Position numbers and translations under genes: made by a program | Source of the DNA: Capsulimonadaceae bacterium | GTDB taxonomy: Bacteria > Armatimonadota > Armatimonadia > Armatimonadales > Capsulimonadaceae | Length of the DNA: 64,000 bases | NCBI GenBank assembly: GCA_965215505.1 | Contig: OZ244065.1 | Location: 5,920,001 to 5,984,000 of the forward strand | Direction: 5' to 3' | Part shown: in pieces, positions 10,341 through 20,585 of the stretch | How positions within the stretch are numbered: position 1 is the stretch's first letter | Layout of the letters: the number at the start of each line of letters is the position of its first letter | The notes under the pieces: generated by a model | Told to the model about the DNA's origin: nothing | Databases searched by the model: none | What the model saw: only the letters and a program-made list of their open reading frames with translations

Positions 10341-11813
10341 ATGACCTATGACATCGTCGTGATCGGGGGCGGCCTTCTCGGCGTGAGCATCGCGCGGGAC
10401 GCCGCAGGGCGCGGCCTGTCCGTCTGCCTGTTCGAGCAGGAGGACTTCGGCGCGGGGGCGACGTCGCGGGACAGCCGGCTGGTCACCGGCGGGCTGAACG
10501 CGCTCGAGTCCCTGGACTTCACGCGCGTCCGCGAGGACATCCGGGAGCGGGAGGTCCTGCGCCGGACCGCGCCGCATCTGGTCCAGGCGCAGCCCTGCCT
10601 CCTCCCCTTCTACGGCCAGGGCGTGCTGGCCCAGACCCGGCTGCGGGCGAGCCTCGCACTCACCGACGCCCTGGGCTTCGACCAGTCCCTCCCCGTGCAT
10701 CAGGTTCTGTCCCCGTCGGAGGCGCGCGCGCGCGCCCCCGGCCTGCGCGCCGAAGGGCTGGTGGGGGCCGCGCTGGTCTGGGAAGCATCCGTGCCCCGAA
10801 TCGAGAGGCTTGCCCTCGAACTCGCCCTGGACGCGCGCCGGCACGGGGCTTCGCTGCGGACGCACACGCGGGTCGAGGCGCTCCGCGCGGAGCGGGCCGG
10901 GCGGGGCCGGGAGCAGGTCACCGGCGTTCAGTGGGTGGACCGTCTCACCGGCGAAGAGGGCCGCACGGACGCAGGCCTAGTTGTCGTCGCCGCGGGTGCC
11001 TGGGAGTCCGGGCTGGCCCTGCCCGCCGCGCCCCCGCCGCGCCTGGTCAAGAGCGTGTCCATCATCGGCCCGCCGCTGCCGGGGCGCGGGGACGCCCTCA
11101 TATTCCCGCGCGAGGAGGAAGGCGGTCTGCTCACGGTCACATCCTGGCCGAAGGGCTGCCGCGTCGGCAGCGTCGAGGCCGACTTTGATGGGGACCTGGA
11201 CACCGCGCACGCAACGGGGGTGGAAGTCTCGGCCTTGCTCCGCCTCGTCCGTGACTTCCTGCCGGATGTGGCCTGGGAGGACACGGCGGGCGCGCAGGCC
11301 GCCGTGTATGCGCCCCTGCCGCATCACTCCCCCTCGTTCGGCACCGCCGCGCCGGCCCATGACATCCGGGACCACGCGGCCAACGGGGGGGCACAGGAGG
11401 GCCTGGTGAAGGCGGCCGCGAGCCGGGTGACCGGTACGCGCGCCGTCGCCGAGGAGGTCGTGGATCTTGCCTGCCGCAAACTGGGCCGCGCGCTCTCCAC
11501 GCCGCCCTGCCGGACCGACTCGACGCCGCTGCCCGCGCCCGCAGGCCCTACGCTCGACGCGCCCGCCCCGGATGATGCGGCCCTCCGCGCCGCCGTGGAG
11601 TGGGCGGTGGCCGAGGAGGAGTGCCGCACTCTGCGCGACTTTCTCGAACGCCGCTCGGCTCTGGCATGGGCGGCGGACGGCGGGCGGTCCGCCGTCCCCG
11701 CCGCCGTGGAGACGATGGCCGCCCTGCTCGGCTGGGATGCCGACCGCCGGGCGCGGGAGGCCAGGGCGTATGAGGCCGACCTTGCTCTGACGCAGGCCTT
11801 CCGCGTGCTTTAG
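10341..11813 (+). CDS. FAD-dependent glycerol-3-phosphate dehydrogenase-like oxidoreductase
   Basis: YDIVVIGGG FAD motif; DAAGRGLSV and DFGAGATSRDS; GlpD-like C-terminus (DFLERRS). Divergent from canonical GlpD. Confidence 0.75.
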   Translation: MTYDIVVIGGGLLGVSIARDAAGRGLSVCLFEQEDFGAGATSRDSRLVTGGLNALESLDFTRVREDIREREVLRRTAPHLVQAQPCLLPFYGQGVLAQTRLRASLALTDALGFDQSLPVHQVLSPSEARARAPGLRAEGLVGAALVWEASVPRIERLALELALDARRHGASLRTHTRVEALRAERAGRGREQVTGVQWVDRLTGEEGRTDAGLVVVAAGAWESGLALPAAPPPRLVKSVSIIGPPLPGRGDALIFPREEEGGLLTVTSWPKGCRVGSVEADFDGDLDTAHATGVEVSALLRLVRDFLPDVAWEDTAGAQAAVYAPLPHHSPSFGTAAPAHDIRDHAANGGAQEGLVKAAASRVTGTRAVAEEVVDLACRKLGRALSTPPCRTDSTPLPAPAGPTLDAPAPDDAALRAAVEWAVAEEECRTLRDFLERRSALAWAADGGRSAVPAAVETMAALLGWDADRRAREARAYEADLALTQAFRVL

Positions 11814-11916
11814 GTGTGCTGAGGGTACGCCGAGGGGAAGTGGAAGATCGGGAAATGAGAGAAACGGCCCGCAACCACTTCCTGGTTGCGGGCCGCCCCG
11901 AGTTGACCGGGCCGAG

Positions 11917-12882
11917 TCAGTTGCAGTTCGGGTGCGGGCCGTTGAAGTCGGTCGCCCACAGGCAGACATCCCCGACCACCTTCTCGTAGCGGATCGCCTT
12001 GACGTGCCCGTCCGCGAACTGGCAGTTGATCAGGCTGATGTGGCGGCTCGGGATCATCTGCAAGGCCTGAGCGGGGGTGACGGCGCTCCCCGTGCTCCAG
12101 CTCCAGTTCGAGTTGCCGATGTTCATCCAGTAGCTCTTGTACTGGCCGCCCTGGTTGTTCAGGAAGGGCACGTCGCCGTTCGTCGGGTCGGTGTTCAGGT
12201 TGTCGGTGACGGTCATGCCGCTCTGATTGTTGACGTCAGGGCAGACGCCGTAGTAGGTCGCGTCGGTCATCAGGATCGTGCCGGCGGGGCGGGTCACTTC
12301 CGCCAGGGAGACGATGTGGGCCGGGGCGCCGCCGGTGGCATAAGTGCCGGCGGGACTCATCCATGCGTCGTTGTGCCCGTAGCTGTTCTCGCCGCCATAC
12401 CCGGTGCCGCTGCATCCCGTGGCGTTCTGGCCACACCCGTTGGCCGCAGACCCCGTCGGGTCGTTCGTGCCGACCCAGGCGTTCGGGGCGTCGGGGCACT
12501 TGAACACGTCGTAGCTCTTGACGAACGGCTGGAGCATGCTGATCCAGAAGGTACGGTGTTCGGCGTTCTGAGTCAGGCCGGCGTTCGGGGTGGGGCCGCC
12601 GTTGGACTGGGCCATCGGGTTGCAGTACGACCCGGCCGCGCCGCAGTCGTAGCGGTGGGGGTAGAACTTCTCGTCCGAGTCCTGCGTGTACTGGATCGTC
12701 GCGACGCCGATCTGCTTGAGGTTGCTCAGGCATTGGGTGCGGCGGGCATTCTCCCTTACCTTCTGGAAGACGGGGAAGAGGATGGCGGCGAGGATCGCGA
12801 TGATGGCGATGACGACGAGCAGCTCGATCAGCGTGAAGCCCGGTCGGTGCTTGACGTGGGAGCGGTTGGGGCTGTCCAGCAT
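11917..12882 (-). CDS. Prepilin-type N-terminal cleavage/methylation, DUF1559-type protein
   Basis: [41 protein letters not shown]. Confidence 0.9.
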   Translation of the reverse strand: MLDSPNRSHVKHRPGFTLIELLVVIAIIAILAAILFPVFQKVRENARRTQCLSNLKQIGVATIQYTQDSDEKFYPHRYDCGAAGSYCNPMAQSNGGPTPNAGLTQNAEHRTFWISMLQPFVKSYDVFKCPDAPNAWVGTNDPTGSAANGCGQNATGCSGTGYGGENSYGHNDAWMSPAGTYATGGAPAHIVSLAEVTRPAGTILMTDATYYGVCPDVNNQSGMTVTDNLNTDPTNGDVPFLNNQGGQYKSYWMNIGNSNWSWSTGSAVTPAQALQMIPSRHISLINCQFADGHVKAIRYEKVVGDVCLWATDFNGPHPNCN

Positions 12883-12966
12883 TATTGTCTCTTTCTTCTT
12901 AGACTGGGCCGCCTGCGATGTGTGCGCGGCCACCTATAGTCTACAGCCGGACAAGGAGAGTTTCGA

Positions 12967-13004
12967 TTAAGACAAGATTAAGCTTGGATTAAGTTTGTGT
13001 TAAG
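12967..13004 (-). promoter_or_regulatory. Pho-box-like operator (four CTTAA boxes at 11-bp period)
   Basis: TTAAG on the plus strand at 12967, 12978, 12989 and 13000. Confidence 0.6.
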
Positions 13005-13021
13005 CGGGCAAATGGGGGCGG

Positions 13022-13660
13022 TCAGGCGGGCGGCGACGGCTGATGGGTCAGCCGCGCCAGCTCCCGGCCAAGCTCCTGCGTGATGGCCTCGATGGCCCGG
13101 CCGCGCGGCATCCCGCCGAAGTCCTGGGGGCGGATCGGCGGGCCGTAGGTGACGACGACCGGCCTGGGGGACCAGCGCGGGGTCAGCGTGCCGTAGGGCA
13201 GGACGCCGTTGACGTTCTCCAGGCCGACCGGGATGATCGGCGTCCCCGTCCGCAGGGCGACCAGGGCGACGCCCGGCTGGAGGCGCTGCAAGCGGCCGTC
13301 CTCCGAAGCGCGGCCTTCGGGGAACAGCAGGACCGGCTCGCCGCCCTTCAAAACCTCCTCGATGCGCCGCAGGGCCGCACGGTCCGGCGTGTCCCGGTGG
13401 ATCTGGATGCCCTGGAGCCGGGCGAACCACGGCCCCAGGACGGGGATCTGGAACAGCTCCTTCTTGCCCACCATCCAGCAGCGGCGCGGGGCGGTGACGA
13501 AGATCGCCGTCGGGTCGGCATCGCTGATGTGGTTCGGGCAGTACAGCACCCCGCCCCGGCGCGGGACGTTGCCCTCGCCGCTCGACCGCAGGCGGCCCAG
13601 GACGCGCAGGATCAGGCGCAGGGAGGCGAACAAAAGGGGATAGCTGAGGAAGTAGATCAT
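13022..13660 (-). CDS. plsC: Lysophospholipid acyltransferase (PlsC family)
   Basis: NHISDAD and LFPEGR motifs. Real start MIYFLSYP overlaps the MFS stop (ATGA). Confidence 0.8.
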   Translation of the reverse strand: MIYFLSYPLLFASLRLILRVLGRLRSSGEGNVPRRGGVLYCPNHISDADPTAIFVTAPRRCWMVGKKELFQIPVLGPWFARLQGIQIHRDTPDRAALRRIEEVLKGGEPVLLFPEGRASEDGRLQRLQPGVALVALRTGTPIIPVGLENVNGVLPYGTLTPRWSPRPVVVTYGPPIRPQDFGGMPRGRAIEAITQELGRELARLTHQPSPPA

Positions 13661-14994
13661 GCCCGGATTTCCCCCATCCGGGCCGCGACCTCGCCCGCCG
13701 CCTCCCGCTCGCGCAGCAGCGAGAGGACGCCGAAGCCGAGTGCCAGGCAGACGGCGCAGACGGCGAAGATGACGCGGTAGCCGCCCTGCCCGTTGTGGCT
13801 GCTCAGGTTGATGAGCGTCCCCGTCAGCGCGACCGCGCCCGGCCCGGAGATGGAGGCGGCGGCCGTCTGCAAGCCGACATAGAAGCCGATCTCTTTGGGC
13901 GGCACGAGCCGGGTCAGCAGCGGGTAGGCGGAGGCGTTCTGCGCGCCGATGCCAAGCCCCGCCAGGCCCAGGACGACCGCGACCTGCGCGAGCGTCGTCA
14001 CCCAGAGCGCGTTCGCGGCGGCGACCGTGATCAGGGCGAGGCTGAACAGCAGCAGCCGCTTCGGCCCGAAGCGGTTGACCAGCGGGCCGAAGAGGAGGCT
14101 GCCCAGCCCGGTGCAGACGAGCAGCAGCACGGACATGAGCAGGGAAGTCCCGTCGGAGCAGTGCGTGATGCGCTTGATGAACGTGGTCAGGTAGGGCGTC
14201 ACCGCCCCGATGCCGGCCCCGAACAGCAGAAACATCGCCATATAGACCCGCGCCTGCCTCAGAGTCCGAAGCCCGGCCAGGGCGAGCTTGACGTCGTCCA
14301 TCTGCCCGCGCCGCGTCTCCGGCGGCGGCGTCACCGCCGGCTCCGAGGTCCGCGCGCAGGTCAGCAGTGTCGTCCCCAGCATCAGCAGGCCGACGAGGGT
14401 GAAGCCCACGGCCAGCGGCAGGTGCAGGACGGCGATCAGAGCAAGGATCGTGATCTGCCCCAGCGCCCCGACAAAGAACCAGAAGCCGGTCACCTTGCCG
14501 CGCTGCTCCGGCGTCGTGATGTCCGCCAAGAGTGCCTGGTACGGGTCCATGGCGACGTTGAAGGTGAGCGTGAACAGGAAGATGCACAGGACGACGCCCG
14601 CCAGCCGGAGGCCGGGCGGCAGGTGGGCGGCGGCGGGCGCGAGCAGCAGGAACAGGGCGGAGACCAGGATGAAGACCCGCATGAAGGGCCGCCGCCGCCC
14701 GCCCGGCCCGCGCAGGCGGTCGCTGATCGAGCCGACGACGGGCTGGATGAAGACGCCCTCGAACGAGTGCGACCCGCCCATGATCCCCAGCACGACCGCG
14801 TTCTGCGTGTACGCCTGGAGCCACAGCGGGATCACGAAGTTGTTGAAGGCGTAGAACATCCCGTAGCCCAGGTTCGCCAGGCTGTACCAGAGGATGCCGG
14901 CCAGCGGGAGCGGCGCGCGCGCCAGTGCCGCCGGCGTCTCCGGGGGAACGGTGGGGGCCGGGGGCCAGGCCGGCGGGGTGTCTGCGGTATCCAT
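13657..14994 (-). CDS. MFS transporter (GPH/sucrose-like)
   Basis: About 12 hydrophobic segments; GSISDR..GRRRPF motif. Confidence 0.85.
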   Translation of the reverse strand: MDTADTPPAWPPAPTVPPETPAALARAPLPLAGILWYSLANLGYGMFYAFNNFVIPLWLQAYTQNAVVLGIMGGSHSFEGVFIQPVVGSISDRLRGPGGRRRPFMRVFILVSALFLLLAPAAAHLPPGLRLAGVVLCIFLFTLTFNVAMDPYQALLADITTPEQRGKVTGFWFFVGALGQITILALIAVLHLPLAVGFTLVGLLMLGTTLLTCARTSEPAVTPPPETRRGQMDDVKLALAGLRTLRQARVYMAMFLLFGAGIGAVTPYLTTFIKRITHCSDGTSLLMSVLLLVCTGLGSLLFGPLVNRFGPKRLLLFSLALITVAAANALWVTTLAQVAVVLGLAGLGIGAQNASAYPLLTRLVPPKEIGFYVGLQTAAASISGPGAVALTGTLINLSSHNGQGGYRVIFAVCAVCLALGFGVLSLLREREAAGEVAARMGEIRA

Positions 14995-15125
14995 GTGGGG
15001 CCTAGTTCGCGGGCGGCAGGTCATTCTCCTGCCTGCACCAATGACGGGTGGCATGCCCGGCGGGAACCCGCCCCGTCTGCCCGCCGTTAGGGGGATAAGG
15101 CAGCCTTAGAAGGTACACTCATATT

Positions 15126-16193
15126 ATGGAAACGCTGACACAACCACTGACGATGGCCCGCACCGACGCGAACCCGCCCGCGCAGAGCTTCGGACAGGAA
15201 AACGACCTGTCCCTGCGCGTCCGCGCGATTGACCCCGCCCTGGACCTCGAGGCCGAGATCCTGCGCCTGAAGAAAGAGCTGAACGCCGTCATCCTGGCGC
15301 ACTACTACCAGGACTCGGACATCCAGGACCTGGCCGACCATGTGGGGGACAGCCTGGCACTCGCGCAGGCGGCGGCGGCGACCGACGCCGACGTGATCGT
15401 CTTCTGCGGCGTCCACTTTATGGCCGAGACGGCGAAGATCCTTAACCCCGACAAGCTGGTCCTCCTGCCGGACCTTGACGCCGGCTGCTCCCTGGCCGAC
15501 CGCTGCCCGATTGACGAGTACGCCGAGTGGCTGAAGCAGTATCCCGGCCATACGGTCATCAATTACATCAATTCGTCTGCGGCCGTCAAGGCCGTCTCGG
15601 ACATCATCGTGACCTCTTCCAACGCCGCCGACATCGTCCGGCAGCTCCCCCTGGACACGCCCATCGTGTTCGGCCCGGACCGGCACCTGGGCCGCTGGGT
15701 GGAGAAGGAGACGGGGCGCGAGATGGTGCTGTGGCCGGGCTTCTGCATCGTCCACGAGCAGTTCAACGCCCGCCGCCTGGCCAAGACGCGGGCGGCCTAC
15801 CCGCAGGCGCGGCTTATCGCCCACCCGGAGTGCGAGGAGGCCGTTTTGGAGCAGGCGGACTTCATCGGCTCGACGCTGGCCCTGCTGCGCTATGTCCAGA
15901 CGCACCCGCAGCACAAGCAGTTCATCGTCGCCACCGAGGTCGGCATCCTGCACCAGATGGAGAAGGCGCGGCCCGATGCCGAGTTCATCTGCTCCCCGCC
16001 CAATTCGGGCTGTAACTGCGCCTCCTGCCCGTACATGCGGCTGAACACGTTGGAAAAGCTCTACCTCGCCATGCGCGACAAGCGGCCCGAGATCACGATG
16101 GACGAGGGGACGCGCCTGCGCGCCCTGCGCCCGGTCCAGAGGATGCTGGACATGAGTAAGGGGCTGCCGCTGGTCCAGCAGAAGGGTGACTAG
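15126..16193 (+). CDS. nadA: Quinolinate synthase A
   Basis: [38 protein letters not shown] and CPYM motifs. Confidence 0.95.
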   Translation: METLTQPLTMARTDANPPAQSFGQENDLSLRVRAIDPALDLEAEILRLKKELNAVILAHYYQDSDIQDLADHVGDSLALAQAAAATDADVIVFCGVHFMAETAKILNPDKLVLLPDLDAGCSLADRCPIDEYAEWLKQYPGHTVINYINSSAAVKAVSDIIVTSSNAADIVRQLPLDTPIVFGPDRHLGRWVEKETGREMVLWPGFCIVHEQFNARRLAKTRAAYPQARLIAHPECEEAVLEQADFIGSTLALLRYVQTHPQHKQFIVATEVGILHQMEKARPDAEFICSPPNSGCNCASCPYMRLNTLEKLYLAMRDKRPEITMDEGTRLRALRPVQRMLDMSKGLPLVQQKGD

Positions 16194-16503
16194 CATGACG
16201 CGCGCCGAGGCCCTGGCCGTCCTGACCGCCCACCGCTCTGAATTGGCCGCCTTCGGCCTGCGCCGCCTGGCACTGTTTGGTTCAGTGGCGCGCGACGAGG
16301 CCGGACCGGACAGCGATGTGGATGTACTCGTGGAGTTTGAGGGCAAGGCAACGCTGGACCGTTACGCGGGCCTGAACGATCGCCTGGAAGACCTTCTGCG
16401 GCGGCCCGTGGACTTGGCAACCCCGAGTATGATTCGCCCGTTTATGCGTGAAGGCGTAGAGGAGGATGCTTGTGAGGTCAAAGGATTATCGCCCGTTTCT
16501 TGA
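16186..16503 (+). CDS. Minimal nucleotidyltransferase (MNT/MntA-type antitoxin)
   Basis: [22 protein letters not shown] (GS-x10-DxD motif). Confidence 0.9.
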   Translation: MTSMTRAEALAVLTAHRSELAAFGLRRLALFGSVARDEAGPDSDVDVLVEFEGKATLDRYAGLNDRLEDLLRRPVDLATPSMIRPFMREGVEEDACEVKGLSPVS

Positions 16504-16809
16504 CGACATCCGCCGCTCCTGTGAGCGCGTAATTCGTTACACCAATGGCTTCACGGAAGAGCAGTTCTTAGCGGATGAAAAACTTACGACGCCACCCTGC
16601 GTCACCTCATTATCATCGGCGAGGCCGTTAAGCAACTTCCCGAAGAAGTGCGCGGACAATACCCGGCGGTGGAGTGGAAGCAGATCGCCCGCTTCCGCGA
16701 CCATGTCATCCACAGGTATTTTTCCGTCAATAACGACATCATTTGGGATGTTGTCGCCAACAAAGTGACTCAACTGCTCGCCGCATTAACGACGAACTTG
16801 GACACATAA
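16472..16809 (+). pseudogene. HEPN/DUF86 (HepT-like) RNase toxin, frameshifted
   Basis: One extra A in the A5 run at 16578-16582 restores ...DEKTYDATLRHLIIIGEAVKQLP...WKQIARFRDHVIHRYF...IWD (RX4H motif). Confidence 0.85.
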
Positions 16810-16815
16810 ACCCTC

Positions 16816-17724
16816 ATGACCCTTTCTGAACCCCTTCTCGGCGAAGCCCTCGACACGACCGTCACCACACTGATGAAGCCCCTGCTCGGCGCGCACATGC
16901 CGACGGCGGGGGGGCACCACAACGCCATCACGGACGGCGCGGCCATCGGGTGCCGCAGCGTCCAGATCTTCACGGCCTCGCCGCGCCAGTGGCGGGCACC
17001 GGCCATCGCGCCCGAAGTGGCCGAGAAATTCAAGCAGGTCGTGCGCGAGAGCGGCATCACCAAGACGGTCGCGCACGACTCGTATCTGATCAACCTGGCC
17101 GCCGAGCCGGGGAGCGACGTGCTGGCGAAGTCGCGGGCCGCCTTCCGGGCGGAGATCGAGCGGGCCGAGACTTTGGGCGTGGACTTCCTGGTTTCCCACC
17201 CCGGCGCGCACGGCGGGGCGGGGGAGGATGTCGGGATCGCGCGGCTGATCGAGAGCCTGGACATCATCCACCGCGAAACGGCGGGGGCGAATGTGCGCGT
17301 CGCCATCGAAACGACGGCGGGGCAGGGGACTTATCTGGGCGGGCGCTTCGAGCAGATCGCGCGCATCCTCAGCGGCGTCGAAGACCCGTCCCGGCTGGCC
17401 GTCTGCCTGGACACCTGCCACGTCTTCGCGGCGGGCTACGACATACGGACGCCCGAGGCGTACCAGGAGACGATGCGGCTGTTCGACGAGGTCATCGGGC
17501 TGGCGAACCTGCAAGTCATCCACGCCAACGACTCGCAGAAGGCGTTCGGAAGTCACGCCGACCGGCACGCGCACATCGGGGAGGGGGAGATCGGGCTGGA
17601 GGCTTTCCGGCTGCTGGTGAACGACCCGCGCTTGGCGGGCCTGCCGGTCATCGTGGAGACGCCCGAGAGCGAGACGATGCACGAGGTCAACGTCCGCCGC
17701 CTGCATGACCTCCTGGCTGGGTGA
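16816..17724 (+). CDS. nfo: Endonuclease IV
   Basis: LGAH, HDSYLINLA, HPG, ETTAGQG, CLDTCH, HANDS and DRHAHIGEG motifs. Confidence 0.95.
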   Translation: MTLSEPLLGEALDTTVTTLMKPLLGAHMPTAGGHHNAITDGAAIGCRSVQIFTASPRQWRAPAIAPEVAEKFKQVVRESGITKTVAHDSYLINLAAEPGSDVLAKSRAAFRAEIERAETLGVDFLVSHPGAHGGAGEDVGIARLIESLDIIHRETAGANVRVAIETTAGQGTYLGGRFEQIARILSGVEDPSRLAVCLDTCHVFAAGYDIRTPEAYQETMRLFDEVIGLANLQVIHANDSQKAFGSHADRHAHIGEGEIGLEAFRLLVNDPRLAGLPVIVETPESETMHEVNVRRLHDLLAG

Positions 17725-17804
17725 TCTGATGGCCGCATGGCCCCTCCCGCAACTTTTCCCGGCGGCGCGTGTCAGAGTCTCCAGTAACCACGGAGGTACG
17801 CGCC

Positions 17805-18107
17805 ATGAACAACTCCCCCGACCCGAGCGGCGGGATCATCGCCGGCTTTGTTCTGCTGTACGGCTTTCTCATCCTGCTGGGCCTCGCCTCTTTCGTCTTC
17901 TGGATCGTCGAGATCGTGGACGTCGCCCGGCGCGAGTTCCGGGACCCGAACACGAAGCTGCTCTGGCTGCTCGTCGTCATCCTCGCGCACGGCCTGGGGG
18001 CGCTGATCTACTACTTCGCCGGCAAGCCGCAGGGCTGGCTGCCGGGGCAGACGCCGCTTTACCCGCAGTACCCGCCACGGTATCCGCCGCAAGACAGGCA
18101 GGAATAA
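17805..18107 (+). CDS. Small membrane protein (PLDc N-terminal-like)
   Basis: GGAGG SD; KLLWLLVVILAHGLGALIYYFAG. Confidence 0.75.
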   Translation: MNNSPDPSGGIIAGFVLLYGFLILLGLASFVFWIVEIVDVARREFRDPNTKLLWLLVVILAHGLGALIYYFAGKPQGWLPGQTPLYPQYPPRYPPQDRQE

Positions 18108-18133
18108 AGTCGGGTCGGCGGTAATTGTAAGGC

Positions 18134-20581
18134 GTGACCGTCATCCCTGAAAACCCGCCGGCCGAGAACCCCGCCCCGGAAACGCTGCCCTCCGGGCTGT
18201 CGCGCCTGCAAGTGCGCCGCGCCCTGCGGCTCTGGACCCTGGAGGGCTGCGTCGCCACCGTCCAAGGCTCGCTGACGACGGGCGCGTTCCAGACCGGCTT
18301 CGCCCTGTTCCTGGGGTGCAGCCCGTTCTGGCTGGGCGCGCTGGGCGGCATCCCGGCCCTCGCCGGGCTGGTCCAGCTCCTCTCCTCCTACCTCGCCCAG
18401 CGGTACGGGCAGCGCAAGCCTCTGGTCATGTGGTTCTCGTTCGCCTCGCGCCTGCTCTGGGTGCCGATGCTGCTGATCCCCTTCATCCTGCCGCGCCCGT
18501 GGTGGGTCGGGACGTTCCTGCTGCTCACGCTCCTCGCCGCGCTCCTCGGCAACGTTTCCGCGCCCCTCTGGACGGCCTGGATCACCGACCTCGTCCCGGA
18601 CGACAACCGGGGGCGCTACTTCGGGCGCAAGAACATGTACGGCGGCTGGGTCGGGATGATCGTCCCCATCGCGGGCGGCTACTTCCTCGATGCCGCCTCC
18701 AAGAACCCCACCTGGGGCCAGGCGGCGGCCTTCGCGGTCATCTTCGGGGCGGCGACGCTGTTCGCGGGCGGCTCGCTCGGGCTGGCCTCGCAAAGCCCGG
18801 ACGTGCCGCAGGAGCGTTCGGGGGCCGACGGGGGCGGGGGGTGGGCGGCGGCACTGGACTATTACCGCGCGCCGTTCGCGGACCTGAACTTCCGCCGCGT
18901 GACCGCTTATGTCGCCATGATGGTCGTGGCCCAGTCCATCGCGGGCCAGTTCTTCACGGCCTACCAGATCCAGTACCTCGCCCTGAACTTCACCTCCCTC
19001 CAACTGCTGGCCGCCGCCGCCGCGCTGGCCTCGCTCGGGTCCATGCCGCTGTGGGGCTACCTCTCAGACAAGTACGGCAACAAGCCGATCCTGATCATCT
19101 GCTGCGGACTGGTGCTGATCCCGCCGCTGATGTGGATACCGGCCTACCCCGACGGTCTGGCCGGCCTGTGGGGGCACGACGCGCACGGCCACCTGCGCGT
19201 GTCCCTGACCAAGCTCGACATCATCGCCCTGAACGTCCTGTCCGGCGTCGGGTGGGCAGGGGTCGGCCTGACGCAGTTCAACCTGATCATCGGGGCCTCG
19301 CCCGCCGACAAGCGGACGGTGTATATCAGCGCAATCGCCGCCGTGTCCGGCCTGGCCGGCGGCCTTGCCCCGGTGGCGGGCGGGGCCTTGATGGAGGCGA
19401 TGGCGCACCTGCCCTTCCCGGCGCACGGCCTGATCCGCAGCAACTACCACGTCCTGTTCATCCTGTCGGCGGCACTGCGCGTCGTCGCCCTGTTCCTGGT
19501 CCGCCCGATCCATGAGGCGGGCAGCCGGCAGGCGACCTATGTGCTGAAGCAGCTCAAAGCGTCCAAGCCCGTCGGCTCCTTCGCTGGCATCCAGAAGCTG
19601 TCGCGGGCGGGCAGCTCGCAGGCGCGCATCCAGGCGGTGGAGTCGCTGGGCCGGCTGAAGACGCCGCTGGCGGTGGAAGAATTGGTGCGGACTCTGGACG
19701 ACGTCTCGCTCTCCGTCCGGGAGCAGGCCGCCGTCGCGCTGGGGGAGATCCGGGACCCGCGCGCGACGATGCATTTGGTCCACAAGCTGGCTGACCCGGC
19801 CTCGGGCATCAGCGGGGCGGCGGCGACCGCACTGGGCAAGATCGGGGATCGGGCCGCCCTGCCGGCCCTCGCCGCCGCCGCACAGCTCGGCCCGCCGCCG
19901 CGCCAGCTCGCCGCTTTGGAGGCGCTGGGCCGGCTGTCCGACCCGTCCGTCTCCGACATCCTGGGCGCGCTGATGCGCGACCCGGACGCGGCCGTCCGCA
20001 CGGCGGCCCTGCGCGCCCTGGCGGAGCGCGAGGACCCGGCCAGCCTGCCTGGCCTGATCGCGCAGCTCGGGGCGGAGCAGGAGCCGGCGAACCTCGCTGT
20101 CCTGGCCGACGCCCTGGGCCGGCTTGGCGAGCCGGAAGCCGCCCTGCCGCTGCTCCACGCGCTGGGCCGGAGCGCCTCACCGACCGTGAAGCGGGAGATA
20201 CTCAACGCCGTCGGCAGCCTGGGCGGCGGGCGCGACGCCTTCTACCCTTATCTGGCCCTCGACTCGTATGCGCGGGATGAGACAGTCGGGAAGATCCTGA
20301 TGAACATCCAGCGGCGCTACCGGGCGCGGGCGGCGCAGAAGAAGGAGCCGGGCGCGGCCCGCATCTCGATCCTGGCCAAGCGCGCGCTGGCGGCTTACAC
20401 CCTGGGCGACAACAAGGCATGCCTGGACCGTCTGGCGCGTCTGGCGCGTCTGCTGCCCTCCGACCCGGCCCTGCCCGCCTGCGAGATACTGCTGGCGCTG
20501 GACGCGCGGGACGGAGAGACGCCGTCGGGGGAAGAGGTCTTGCTGGGCGTGTTCCTGGTTCGGCGGTTGACTGGGGGGTAG
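18134..20581 (+). CDS. MFS transporter fused to C-terminal HEAT repeats
   Basis: MFS helices (RGRYFG, WGYLSDKYG) followed by VREQAAVALGEIRD-type repeats. Confidence 0.85.
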   Translation: MTVIPENPPAENPAPETLPSGLSRLQVRRALRLWTLEGCVATVQGSLTTGAFQTGFALFLGCSPFWLGALGGIPALAGLVQLLSSYLAQRYGQRKPLVMWFSFASRLLWVPMLLIPFILPRPWWVGTFLLLTLLAALLGNVSAPLWTAWITDLVPDDNRGRYFGRKNMYGGWVGMIVPIAGGYFLDAASKNPTWGQAAAFAVIFGAATLFAGGSLGLASQSPDVPQERSGADGGGGWAAALDYYRAPFADLNFRRVTAYVAMMVVAQSIAGQFFTAYQIQYLALNFTSLQLLAAAAALASLGSMPLWGYLSDKYGNKPILIICCGLVLIPPLMWIPAYPDGLAGLWGHDAHGHLRVSLTKLDIIALNVLSGVGWAGVGLTQFNLIIGASPADKRTVYISAIAAVSGLAGGLAPVAGGALMEAMAHLPFPAHGLIRSNYHVLFILSAALRVVALFLVRPIHEAGSRQATYVLKQLKASKPVGSFAGIQKLSRAGSSQARIQAVESLGRLKTPLAVEELVRTLDDVSLSVREQAAVALGEIRDPRATMHLVHKLADPASGISGAAATALGKIGDRAALPALAAAAQLGPPPRQLAALEALGRLSDPSVSDILGALMRDPDAAVRTAALRALAEREDPASLPGLIAQLGAEQEPANLAVLADALGRLGEPEAALPLLHALGRSASPTVKREILNAVGSLGGGRDAFYPYLALDSYARDETVGKILMNIQRRYRARAAQKKEPGAARISILAKRALAAYTLGDNKACLDRLARLARLLPSDPALPACEILLALDARDGETPSGEEVLLGVFLVRRLTGG

Positions 20582-20585
20582 GTTC

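Noticed and set aside
13661-14824. 600-aa acyltransferase fusion ORF
   Set aside because: The upstream part is an alternative frame of the MFS gene. PlsC starts at 13660.
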